The position numbers and the translations under genes were made by a program. A stretch of DNA of 63,858 nucleotides, filler included, from Reclinomonas americana ATCC 50394 (Eukaryota), in NCBI GenBank assembly GCA_048213135.1. It is 5 parts of 4 records of this genome, joined end to end, with 100 filler letters (N's around TTAATTAATTAA, not from the genome) between each part and the next. Parts side by side here need not be neighbours in the genome. Positions count along the whole stretch, not along the records: positions 1 to 31,815 come from PS015276.1; positions 31,916 to 43,416 come from PS015277.1; 3 more parts are not named here. One strand, 5' to 3'. Within the stretch, counting starts at the first letter, position 1, and the number at the start of each line of letters is the position of its first letter. Positions 22,654 through 34,900 of this stretch are shown piece by piece. The notes under the pieces were generated by a model, which saw nothing but the letters and a program-made list of their open reading frames with translations, searched no databases and was not told the origin of the DNA.

Positions 22654-25600
22654 GTGTGTGAGCAGGTCACGGATACGTTTGAGAAGATGAATCTGCGCGA
22701 TGATCTGCTCCGCGGCATCTACAGCATGGGTGAGTGAGAGAGAAGAGTGAGGAAGGGCGAGAGCGAGTGTTGCATTCACTCTCCGTTTCCTTGGTTCGTC
22801 GTGTTCCACTTGCTCCTTCTTCGTTGCTGGCTTTCGCTTCATGCAATCGCTCGCTTATCCTGTCCTTTTCCCTCTTATCACATCGTTCTTTCACTGCCCC
22901 CACCCTTCCCTTTTTCGTCCCCCTCCACCATTCCACTCACACCACCTCTCTTCTCCTTTCACCAGGCTTCGAGCGACCGTCGGCCATTCAGCAACGCGCC
23001 ATTCGCCCGATCGTCAAGGGCCGCGACGTGATTGCGCAAGCGCAAGCCGGCACAGGTGTGTGTGTGCTTCCCTCAACTACCCACCCTTTCCAACCGTCCC
23101 TCACCCCTCCTTTGCAACGCAGGCAAGAGCACTCTGTTCTGCATTGGCGCCCTCCAAGCCGTCGACAAGAACCTCTTCAAGCCGCAAGTGCTCATCATGT
23201 CACCGACGCGCGAGTTGGCCACGCAAACACAAAAGGTGTGCCTCGGCCTCGGCGATTTCATGAACATTCAGGCGCATGCGTGCATTGGTGGCAAGAACCT
23301 CGGCGAGGATATCCGTCGACTGAGTGCTGGAGTGCAAGTGATTTCGGGGACTCCCGGGCGTGTGTTTGGTGAGTGGGGGTCGTGAGGGAAAGGGGGATCG
23401 GAAGGGTAGGGAAAAGAGGGATTGTGGGGTTGAACTCTCGTTCTCTCTCGGTGCGTTGCACTCTCGCTCTGTCTCGGTGCGTTGCACTCTCGCTCTGTCT
23501 CGGTGCGTTGCACTCTCGCTCTGTCTCGGTGCGTTGCACTCTCGCTCTGTCTCGGTGCGTTGCACTCTCGCTCTGTCTCGGTGCGTTGCACTCTCGCTCT
23601 GTCTCGGTGCGTTGCACTCTCGCTGTCTCTCGGTGCGTTGCTCTCTGGCCTTCTCTCGGTGCGTTGCACTCTGGCCTTCTCTCGGTGCGTTGCACTCTGG
23701 CCTTCTCTCGGTGCGTTGCACTCTCGCTCTCTCGCGGTGCGTTGCACTCTCGCTCTCTCGCGGTGCGTTGCACTCTCGCTCTGTCTCGGTGCGTTGCACT
23801 CTCGCTCTCTCTCTCTCTCTCGCTCTCTCTCTCTCTCTNNNNNNNNNNNNNNNNNNNNNNNNNNNNNNNNNNNNNNNNNNNNNNNNNNNNNNNNNNNNNN
23901 NNNNNNNNNNNNNNNNNNNNNNNNNNNNNNNNNNNNNNNNNNNNNNNNNNNNNNNNNNNNNNNNNNNNNNNNNNNNNNNNNNNNNNNNNNNNNNNNNNNN
24001 NNNNNNNNNNNNNNNNNNNNNNNNNNNNNNNNNNNNNNNNNNNNNNNNNNNNNNNNNNNNNNNNNNNNNNNNNNNNNNNNNNNNNNNNNNNNNNNNNNNN
24101 NNNNNNNNNNNNNNNNNNNNNNNNNNNNNNNNNNNNNNNNNNNNNNNCGCCTTCTCTCGGTGCGTTGCACTCTCGCCTTCTCTCGGTGCGTTGTACTCTC
24201 GCCTTCTCTCGGTGCGTTATGCTTTCTCTTTCTCTCATGCGTTATGCTCTCTCTTTCTCTCAGTCTCTCAATCTCTCTCTCTCCCCTCACTTCCCCCTTT
24301 CCTTCATGCTCATCACCCTTTCCCTTTCACAGACATGATTCAACGGAGAAACCTGGAGACACGCAATCTCAAGATGCTGGTGCTCGACGAGGCCGACGTG
24401 ATGCTCGACCACGGATTCAAGGAGCAGATTTACGACATTTACCGATATCTGCCGGAGAAGACGCAGGTGCGCCAACCATACGTGATCACCACTCCCCCTC
24501 GTTGAGTCTCTCACACCCATCTTCTTCTTGTTCCCATGTAGGTGGTGGTCGTCTCGGCCACCATGACACCCGAGGTGTTGGAGATGACGGACAAATTCAT
24601 GACCGACCCCGTGCGTGTGCTCGTCAAGCGCGATGAACTGACGCTGGAGGGCATCAAGCAGTTCTTTGTCGCCGTGGAGAAGGAGGAGTGGAAGTTTGAC
24701 ACGCTGTGCGATCTGTACGACACGCTGACCATCACGCAGGCCGTCATCTTTTGCAACACGAAGCGAAAGGTGAGGGTGGTGGCAGGAGGGGAGAAGGAGG
24801 GAAGGAAGGGGAAGGGGGCGAAGGGGAGAGGAGGCGAAGGGAGGGGGGAGGAAGAGGGAAGGAAGAGGGAGGAGGAGAGTGGAATTGAGTGGGGTGGAGA
24901 GGAGAGGAGTAGAGTGGAGTGGAGTGGAGAGGAGTGGGGAGGAGAAGTGTTGAGAGGAGAAGAATGGAGTGGAGTGGAGTGGAGTGCAGTTGAGCGGAGT
25001 GGAGTGCAAGGAATGGAGTGGAGTGGAGTGGAGTAGCGAGGTGAAGAGAGGAGATTAGGGCTCGCGGGAGATGATACGAAGAAAAGTGGCATGTGAGGAA
25101 GAGTAGACTGAGAGGTATCCGAGGATTGGTGACTTGATGAGAACGAGTATTGGCGAGAGAATGACAGGCGAGCGTGTTTTGTGGCGTAAAGATGATGAGG
25201 AGAGAGAAGTGCGAAGATTGTGATGTTCATCTCACCCTTCTCTCTCTCCCTTCTGCAGGTGAACTGGCTGACTGACAAGATGCGCGAGCACAACTTCACC
25301 GTGTCGTCAATGCACGGCGACATGCCACAAAAAGAGCGCGAAGACATCATGTCGGAGTTCCGCGCCGGCAACTCGCGCGTACTGATCACCACGGACGTGT
25401 GGGCGCGTGGTATCGATGTGCCGCAGGTGTCGCTGGTCATCAACTACGATTTGCCGAACAACCGTGAGCTGTACTTGCACAGGTGAGGAGAAGGAGAAGA
25501 AGGAGAAGGGGGAAGGGGAAGGGGAAGGGGAAAGAGAAGGGGAAGGAGAAGGGGAAGGAGAAGGAGAAGTGGAAGGAGAAGGGACGAGATGATTGAGTTA

Positions 25601-25843
25601 TGGGTGTTTCGGCATCCTGGGAATGGAGTTGGGAGATGAGCTGCCTGTCATCTTATGAAAGAAGAGGTGGAGAGCAAGTTTGCAAGAGGCATCTTGTTTG
25701 TACCTGCGTGGGTGGTGAGAAAGGGACTGCAAGTGAAGAGAAATGGCGTCTAGAGTGAGCTGCTTGTGCCCATCTAGAAGTTTGAACGGAAGGACTCAGA
25801 GGAGCAGGGTATCTCTGTGCTGCTCTCTTTAGTCTCTCTCCCT

Positions 25844-25941
<98 letters not shown>

Positions 25942-26218
25942 GTCGTCGTCGTCGTCGTCGTCGTACGTCGTCGTACGTACGTACGTACGTACGTACGTAC
26001 GTACGTACGTACGTACGTACCGTACGTACGTACGTACGTACGTCGTACGTACGTACGTACGTNNNNNNNNNNNNNNNNNNNNNNNNNNNNNNNCGTTCGT
26101 TGGTCCGACCGTACCTACGTAAGTTAAGGTTAACGGTAACGGGAACGGTACGTACGAGGAGGACGACGGTAGGTACGTCTCGTGTCGTCGTCGTCTCTTC
26201 TTCTCTCTCCTCCTCCTC

Positions 26219-26255
<37 letters not shown>

Positions 26256-26536
26256 CCTTCTTGTCGCCCATATGTCCTATTGAACTCACATTTCCTTTCC
26301 CCTCTCTTTCCCTCTCTCCACCACAGGATTGGTCGCTCCGGTCGGTACGGTCGCAAGGGTGTGGCCATCAACTTTGTCAAGTCCGACGACGTCAGCATTC
26401 TGCGCGACATTGAGCAGTACTACGCCACGCAAATCGACGAAATGCCGATGAATGTGAGTCGGCAGAGTGTGCACAGGGGGATAGCTGAGTTGATGCTGAT
26501 TGCTCTTTTATCGTGCAGGTGTCGGATCTCATCTAA
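21675..26536 (+). CDS. EIF4A3: Eukaryotic initiation factor 4A-III (exon-junction complex DEAD-box helicase, DDX48)
   Basis: About 10 exons: [146 protein letters not shown] and GRSGR fit eIF4A-III rather than eIF4A-I. Confidence 0.95.
23445..24240. repeat. Intronic 26-nt minisatellite (ctcggtgcgttgcactctcgctctgt), at least 17 copies, interrupted by a gap
   Basis: The core gtgcgttgc recurs every 26 nt from 23451 to about 23789 (14 copies), plus 3 copies after the gap. No unique spacers. Confidence 0.95.
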
Positions 26537-27388
26537 TGGGAGTGGGGGGTGGCTGTGCAACTCTGCTGCGGATCTGCCTTTATCCAATGTTTGTGACATG
26601 CTGTGGTTTTCCTTTCGTCTCCGTTTTTACATTGTGCGCTGTTTGTCTTCATCGTTATATCTCTCTCTTTGTTCTCTGTCTGCATTTCTTTTGCCACTCG
26701 TCGTGTTGCGAAATGGAGGCTTCTGCTGTGGATTGTCAAGGGTCGGAAGGGGGCTTGTGTCGCGGAGAGAATGTGTTTCCGTATGGGATGAGAAGTGTGC
26801 TGGGGCATGCTGTAATTGCATGTCCCGCGTCGGTTTGCCAAGCAGCTGAATGTGTCAGATGAGTGCAGTTGAGTTGCAACTGCTTCCTCGAGATCGTTCG
26901 TAGTGGGAGGCCAGCCTACTTGCTTGTCACGTCGGTTTGCCCAAGCAGCTGAATGCGTCAGAGAGCAAGGAGACTGAGAGAGAGAGGGGGGAGGAGGAAG
27001 ACATGCGAGGCAGTGTGTGAGACAGAGAGATGGAGAGAGAATATTCGCAAAGAGTGGATCGTTTGTATCGGGAGTCCAGCCTCCTTTCTCGTTCCCCGCA
27101 GTTCTTGTTGTCACTGATATGGCTCACTCGGAAGGAGCACAGCTGTTCAACCTGTACCTCCAGAGGTGCACAGGCTTGCAACAGGGAGATCATTCTCCGC
27201 GTCCTATTCGCCTTGGAACAAAACACTTCATCCAACATTAAACGTCCACAAATCCCTTGCCGAAAAGACTAACACACAGCGGCGCTCTGTACTCTGTTCC
27301 CTTGATCCCTGGTTGTCCACCAAGTGAGCAAAAGGCCGGAGTCTCGACAAGAACCTTCGATCGTCCCACACGTCCTGTTCTCTCTCAC

Positions 27389-30300
27389 ATGCGCACTGGA
27401 GCGCTCATTGAGTCTGCCACCAGCAGCAGCACTCACCAGCATGTTCCACCACGACGCATCCGCACTCTCCTCCCGCTTCTCATCCTCATCGCAGTCGTCA
27501 CATTGACCGCCACACTCTTCATCACCATGCGCATCTCCTCCTCATCACCACCACCATTGTCCACTGCCACTTCCACACAACAGTCTGCACAGTTGGATCG
27601 CCGACGGAACCGACGTGGCGAGCAGAGTGCGTTTGATGTGCCAGCGGGTGATGACAGTGATGACATAACGGGAGAGGGGAGTGATGACAAGGAAGCAACG
27701 CCTTCTTCCGTTCCACAACAGCAGTCGTCTGTGGAGGTGAATGAGGAGGTGTATGACTTGGGCGGAGATGCGGTGATGGCACTGGTGAATCGTGCGCCGG
27801 TGTTTGCGGTGAAGGCGGGAGTGGAGAATGTGTTTGCGGTGTTGCGACACATGGCGGCGCGACGGCATCCGCTGTTTGTGCATGATCGGGTGGTGATTCG
27901 GCCGGGTCGATTGTCGTATGTGCCGAAGGAGGTGGGTGGAGGGGAAGGGGAAGCGAGGGGGGGAGGGTGGGGGGAGGGGGAAGGGGAGGGAGGGAGGAGG
28001 AGGGAAGGGGAGGAGGAGGAGGGAAAGGGGGAAGGGAGAAGGGAGGGAGGAAGAGGGAGAGAAAGAGAGAGACATCGGGCAGGGAGAAGTGTGTGAGAGA
28101 GACAATGGAAAGGGAGAAGTGAGAGTGTGTGAGAGAGAGAGAGAGACGGAAAGGGAGAAGGGGGGAGGGGAATAGAGAGGGAAGCGAGTCCAAGAGAAAA
28201 AGACACCGAAGGGAACGAGTATTCTCTGTTTTTCCCTGCTCTCTTCTCTCCCTCTCTTTCTGTCTCTCTTTTGTCTCTCATTCTGTCTCTCTTTCTGTCT
28301 CTCTTTCTTTTTCTCTTTCTTTCTCTTGTCTTCTGCAGATGCTGAGGAGATGAAGAGAGACACAGCAGATACGGGAAGGTGTGGGACAGGGGTGTCGTAA
28401 GAGAGGGGAAATCGAAGGGAAGCAACGTGTTTCCTGCCTCCTCTGTTGTTGTTGTCTCTCTCTCTCTCTCTTTCGTCTCTCTCTCTCTCACTCTTTCCGT
28501 CTCTCTTTCCGTCTCTGTTTCTGTCTCTGTTTCCGTCTCTCTGTCTGTCTCTCTTTCTGTCTCTCTTTCTTTTTCTCTNNNNNNNNNNNNNNNNNNNNAA
28601 AGCTTGAGACAGGTGTGTCGAATGGGAGGGGAAATCGAAGGGAAGCAAAGTGTTTCCGGCCTCCATTGCTGTTGTTATCTCTATCTCTCTTGGTCTCTCT
28701 TTTCCCTTCACTTCTGTGGATGCTGAGAAGATTAAGAAGACACAGCAGAGGCGGGAGGGTTTGAGACCGAGGTGTCGAAAGAGAGAGAAGGAAAGGCGAA
28801 GGTAAGTCAAGAGAGACAAAGAGGAGAAGTGTGGGAGAGACAGCGGGATTTCTGGCCAGCAGAGAGTGAGAGAGAAAGGGAGAGAGAATGAGATTTTCTC
28901 CATCTCATGCTCATATTGCCTATGTGTCTCCGTCCTTCCAAGTCCTCGCATTTCACTCCTCCTGCCACCCTCCGTCTCGTCCTCTCTCTCTCTCTCTCGC
29001 TCTCTCTCTCTCTTTGCTGCACATATTACGTTACTGAATGTGAAACCGAGTCAATGAGAAAGGCCTGTGTTTGAAGATGCAAAAAGTAGAGGAGAGAATA
29101 TGAATCGCTGATGCTGCGCAAAAAAGCGATCGACGGCTGGAGAGATGGACAGAGAAGGGAGTCTTCCACTTTCTACCTATCTTGGGGTTTCACTCTCCTC
29201 ACCCCTTCCCCCCCTCTCTCTCCCCCTTCTCCTCTCCCCTCCCGCAGATCCAGCGCGAATACTTCTGGGACAACTTTGACTTCCTCTACGAGTCCGACTC
29301 GTGGTCACCACGGCGGTGCGCGGTCACCAACTGCGCCTTCGAGTGGGACTCGCGTCTTCACCCGTCGGAGGAGAACGCCGACGCCCCACCCACCGACGCC
29401 TACATTTATCACCAGCGGCGGTGTGCGGCGCTGGTGTTTGACCATGACCTCGGTGAGGATCCGCCTTCCACCGATCTCGACAGCGTGCGGGCGCTGGATG
29501 TGGTGATGCGCAACGAGCCCGACCTCGTCACCAAGCTGGTCGACGAGACGTGCATCAAGAACGACTTTATGACGTCCGACACCGACCTATACGTCGGTTT
29601 CGATCAGCGCGCCTCGGTGCTCGCCACGCACATGTTTGACGTGGACCGGCAGCTGCGACCGGTGACCGATACGAGCACGTGGCATCGTGCCTTTGCGCGC
29701 TCCGTGTGCACGTGGACCGACCAGTGCACGGCGCGTGAGCGGGACTTTCTCACGGCGCTGAGCAAGGAAATGGATGTGCGGTCGTATGGCGACTGTGTGC
29801 CGACGGCCAAGGCGGGGAGGAGGGCGCGGGAGGAGGTGTTGCGCGAGTGTGGGTTTCTGTTGGTGTTTGAGATTGCCGAGGTGCGGGATTATGTTTCGAG
29901 GAGGTTTTTTGAGGTGAGCTCGAAGGGAAAGGGGGGAGAGGGGGAAAGGGGGGAAAGGGGGAAAGGGGGAAGGGAAAAGGGGAAAAAGGGGAAAAGGGGA
30001 AAAAGGGAAGGGAGAAAAGTTGAAGGGGAGGGGGAAAAGGAGAATGGAGAAAAGTGGAAGAGAGATAAGGGGAAGGGAGAAAAGGCAAAGGGAGAAATAT
30101 AGAAGGGAAAGGGGGGAAGGGGAAGGAAGGATAGGGGAAGGGAAGGGAGAGAATGAGAACAAAGACAAGGGATTGAAAACAGAGAGAGGAAAGAGGAAGA
30201 GAAGTCAATAGAGATGAGTTGCCATGTATCTGATTGAGGGTGAGGGAGCGAGGGTATCGTTGGAGGTGGCGCAGATTATAAAACTGAGAGGGAAGAAGGA

Positions 30301-31642
30301 AAATCGAGATGAGTGAGATAGACAGGTTGCGCTCTTTAGTTCTTCTCTTTCTCGGTATGAAGAGAACCTCGATGACGAGTATTCCTCATCGGTTGCGCAT
30401 TCTGTTTTCTCTTTTATCGTCTTGTCTTCTTTTCATCTGCTGCATGCCAAATGCTCTCCTTTCTTGCCCTGCGGAGAATCACGATGAAGTTTCTGCTTTG
30501 TCTGTATGTTGATGGACACGCCTTTCCGCATTCTCTTTTCTGCTCTCTCGCCAACTTTCTCTCTTCATCATCTATATGCCAATCGTTGCGCTCCTTTCTC
30601 TACCTCTGCTACGTCTGTATGTCGATAGCAAACCTCTTCTCTTTCTCTATTCTCTTTTCTTCCCTTCGTCCCCTCGTCCCTTTGTCAGTCGCTTTATCGT
30701 TCTTTCGCTCTCAGTCTTGCTCACCGGTCTCACTCGTCTTTCTCATCGACCCTCAGTCACCTTCTCTCAGTTCTCATTGTTGCTCAACTTCATGTCCTCT
30801 TTCTCCTCTCTCTTTTCTCTGTTCTTCTCCGTTCTACTCTGCGTTAAAGCTTTCTCTCGCTGTCTGCTCGTCGACCTCACTCTTCTTTCGTTCTCTCTCG
30901 TCATCTCAGTCACTGTCGACTTCTCTCATTCTCCATTGTTCTGTGTTCTTCTCCGTTCTCCTCTGCGTTAAACCTGTCTGTCACTGCCAGTCTTGCTCGT
31001 CGATCTCACTCTTCTTTTATTCTTTCTCGTCATCTCAGTCACTGTCGACTTCTCTCATTCTCCATTGTTCTGTGTCCTCCCTGCCATTCCCCCTCTCCTC
31101 TTCGTTTCCTTTCCATCGTTTCTCTTCTTTCCTTCTCCTCTCTTGTTCTTGGTGCTTTTCTCTCGCCTCTCATTTCCCCTTTCCCTTCTGCCCACCTGCT
31201 GACCAGCCCGCTTACATTCTTCTGTGTCCTCCTCTCGCCTCCTCTTCTTTTGTTCTCCACCCCTTCCCCTCACTCTCCCCTCTTGTAGGCGTTCGAGCAC
31301 CCCGTCATCCTCGTCTACTATGGCGCCCCCAACGTGGCCACATTCGCACCCGTTCCGTGGTCATTCATCGACGTCCGCGAGTTCCCAAGCGTCAAGGAGC
31401 TGGCGCAGCGACTGCGAGTGGTGGCCACCGACGACCGCGAGTACGAGTCGTACTTTTGGTGGCGAGCCGACGCTGTCGAGCCACCCGTGGCCTTCATCTC
31501 CGAGTCGTTTCTGCAGTTGGCCGAGCGCAGTGTGACCAACACTCCGTGCCGAATCTGCCGTGCCGTGTCTGACATGCGGGCGGCGCGCGCCATGCTGCAG
31601 CGACTCGGTGTGCTGGATCCGAGGCGTGACAGTTTTGTTTGA
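27389..31642 (+). CDS. GT10 alpha-1,3-fucosyltransferase-like type II membrane protein (degenerate donor-binding motif)
   Basis: Exons 27389-27931, 29248-29913 and 31289-31642 (phase 0, 0). N-terminal TM segment LLPLLILIAVVTLTATLFITM. GT10 C-domain: VRSYGDC...GFLLVFEIAEVRDYVSRRFFEAFEHPVILVYYGAPN...SFIDVREFPSVKELAQRL...YESYFWWR...CRIC. Confidence 0.8.
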
Positions 31643-31815
31643 TGTGCATGTATATATATATATATGTGTGTGTGTGTGTGCGCGTGTGTGTATGTATCTG
31701 AGCGTGTTTGTTTGTGAAGCATTCCTTCTCCACCCCAAATACTGATCTCATTCTCTCCCTCTCCTCTCTCTCTCTCTCCTCCCTCCCCTCCTCTCTCTCC
31801 TCCTCTCTCTCTCTC

Positions 31816-31915
31816 NNNNNNNNNNNNNNNNNNNNNNNNNNNNNNNNNNNNNNNNNNNNTTAATTAATTAANNNNNNNNNNNNNNNNNNNNNNNNNNNNN
31901 NNNNNNNNNNNNNNN
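31816..31915. other. Artificial contig-joining linker
   Basis: N44-TTAATTAATTAA-N44, exactly 100 nt, with stops in all six frames. Confidence 0.97.
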
Positions 31916-34900
31916 CGTCCTTGAACTTCACGGCGTTGGTGCCAATGTCGGCCGTGTTATCCGCGGCGGCCTTCAGCAGCGTGCCCACCTGCACAAACGT
32001 CGAGACGGTGGCCGATGTGCAGCCAGTAATTGCGCCACCCGTAATCGTGCAGGTGCCATCCGACAGCGTTCCCACGTTGACCTGGCCGGCAAAGTAGGCG
32101 TCCTTGAACTTCACGGCGTTTGTCCCGACGTCAGCTGTGTTATCCGCAGCGGCTTGCAACAGCGTGCCCACTTGAACAAATGTCGAAACAGTGGCCGATG
32201 TGCATCCGGTAATGACGCCGCCCACAATGTTGCATGAGCCGTCGGTGAATCCACCAGTGGTACTCAGCTGATCGTCACCGAATGAAATAACGCCGCCGAC
32301 AGCATCAATGTCAATCGTGGGCGGCGTGGCACCGTAGTTGATGGTCAATATGTGGTTCGCGTTGGCACCGAACCGCACAGACCCTGTGCTTGACGTGATT
32401 CGCGGAATTACCGGTGCAGCAGTCAGCGTCATCGATGACGCGCCGGAGAGGACGAGTGATGTCGATGAGAGGGAACCGGTAGTCGCGAGGTTGTCGTCGC
32501 CGAATGAAATGGTGCCTGTCAACAACAAGCGTGAGTATGCAGAAATCTCACAGAGTGCGACACACTCGCTGTGTGGCTGTACGTTACCGCTTACGCGATC
32601 GAGATCCAGAGTGTATGGATTGCCGGGGATCATGCGCAGTGTCTCATCTCGGTACAGGCCCACGTAGAAGCGCGGGGTCTGCATATTGAAGTGCTGGTTC
32701 GCTGCAAACACGTACAGCACAAAGGAAGAGCGTAAGACCGTCCATCTTCTTCGCATCCGCGTGTGTGTGTGTGTGCCAGCGCGCGCTCACCATTCCAGTA
32801 CATAATGTCGGCCGTCATGTTGGAGTACGTCTGTCCGTAGAACACCAGATTGGCGCCATTGACGTCCACCAAGTCGGTGCTGCCGCTGCCGAGTCGCAGA
32901 CCACCCTCGGAATCTAGAGAGAGCAAAGTTGAGCAGCAGGATGTGGCGGGGAAAGAACTCACCACCACGCACCGACAAACACCGAATTGGCACGCGCGGT
33001 GAGGCCGGTGGTGGTGCCAATTCGGATATCGGGTGCCGCAAGCGTTGCCGCTGTCGAAAAATCGCCAGCGTACGTGCCAGCGCGCTGCGTCAATGTACCG
33101 GCCGAAGTGCCGATAATGTTGATGTTGACTCCATGCGCATTGATGGTGCTGGTCGGCGTTCCAGAGTCTCCCAATTGCAACAAGGTACTGGCGTCGATTG
33201 TGGTGCTGGTTCCACGCGCCGAGGCGATGGATGGTCGCCCGAGAGTGATGATCGGCGAGGAGAGATCGGCGCGCACCATGTAGTCGGCGCGCAACGTGCC
33301 GCTATTCTCCGTCACAGATCCAGTGGCCGGGCCCAGCAAGCTAATGTGTACGCCGTTGGCGGCAATGTCGGTGGTGGGTGTGCCCGAGTCTCCCAAAGTG
33401 ATGGTCGTAGTTGCATCCAGCGTCGCATCGTGTGCTCTCGCTGTCAAGCCTGTCGCCGTGCCAAAGGACAGCGAGTTCGACGCAATGGTCGCCGAAGTCT
33501 ACAACGATATGGTCACAGGTGTGAGTGATGAATGTGCGTGTACTCATGCGTGTGCGACAGGGACGCAACTGCAAAATCGGCGGCAAGAGTCGCGCCCGCC
33601 ATGCTCAACGTCGACAGTGTGCCAGAGCGACCGACACGGATCAGGCTCACAGCGTCTGCATCAGGGGGGAAACGTTGGTCGACATGGCCACAGAACTCGC
33701 TGAACGAATGCAAGCAACGAACCGAGAGTAATCTGGGAGCCCGTCAGCGAACCCGACGTTCCAATGTTGACAATTGGCGAACCAACTGTGGTGCTGACAG
33801 AGAACTCCATATCCAGCACGGTGCCGCTGAACGATATGGCACTAGCAGGATTGCCAATGTTCACCGTCGATGCTGCAATTGTGCCAATGCCGATGGTGCC
33901 TGCCGGTGCACCGGTACCCGCGTCAAACATCCTGCGTAGGTCAGAGGTCGTCAGCTATAACTCAGTCAGTCTCTTTCTCACTGGTTGATGATGCCAACGC
34001 AACATGTCGCCACCGTGAACCGTAGCATCCTGGCCGCGGAAAAAGGTAGTCGAGGCGTTGATTGTTGTCGAGGAGAGAGGGTCACGCTTGATGACATATG
34101 GCAGGGAGGCACCGCCACCACCATCGTTACCGAGGAGAAGAGTGTGAGTTGTTGAGCCAGCATCAAGGCCTGCCGGGAAAGAGAAACGAGCAGGCGTGAG
34201 TCAACACTGGTTCGGCGACATATCGCGCAGAGCACATGCTGCGCACCTGGATTGAGTCGCAAGTACTGCTGAACATTCATGTCCAAGTAGCCGGCTGCTC
34301 CATTTTCGGAGCGAATGAGAGTGGTGCGGACGCTGCCGCCCAAGTGAGACTCGCCACTGACATCGATGTTGAACTGGAACTGGGAAAAGCCGGCGACAGT
34401 CAACTGCAGAGCAACACGGTGAGAAGGAACGAACGAACAAACAGAGCGATGATACGAAGAAAACAATGACGCACTGCCGAGCGAATCGTCGCAGTGGCTC
34501 CGTGCGTGCCGATGCTGATATTTGTGGCAGTGGCACCGATGGACATGGGCTGCAGTATTATTTCAGCAACAGCTTCTTCAAGAACTCAAAGGCCACCGAG
34601 AGGGAAGCGCACCGCGTTCAAGGCGTCAATCATCATGGCAGAGACACTGTTCAGGGTCACCGTAGACTGCGACTGGACGGCCACTGCACCACCTGCCGCG
34701 ACATTGAACGTGGAATCAAACGAAAACGTCGTTGGCCCGCCCTCAAGAGTCAACTGGCAGCACAAAAAATTGAGTACAAATGAGCTCATGCATCACGAAA
34801 GAGACACACAAAAATCACCTGTCCGCGTGCACCGGCAACGCCTGTGGAAATCACAATGTCACCATAGAGGGGCGACGCCGTGGTGGCACCGTGAATGGCA

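Noticed and set aside
23445-24240. CRISPR-like appearance of a regular repeat with a palindromic core
   Set aside because: The units are head-to-tail with no unique spacers, lie inside a eukaryotic intron, and no cas genes are present.
25938-26200. (TACG)n / GTCGTC-type repeats beside gaps (also 21009-21200, 22335-22560, 11780-11890)
   Set aside because: They always follow long dinucleotide runs and abut N gaps, and they follow the T-A-C-G pyrosequencing flow order. 26095-26200 looks like a dephased copy of about 25763-25830. Sequencing artefact, not biology.
30309-31288. Long Leu/Ser/Phe-rich or Arg/Glu-rich ORFs in the ORF track (also 12784-13973, 17184-19475, 4755-5351)
   Set aside because: They are translations of CT/GA microsatellite introns that lack stop codons by composition; ORFs spanning N runs are likewise artefacts.
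31860-31871. TTAATTAATTAA palindrome occurring four times
   Set aside because: It is centred in exactly 100-nt N spacers each time; an artificial all-frame-stop linker, not a transposon target site or regulatory motif.
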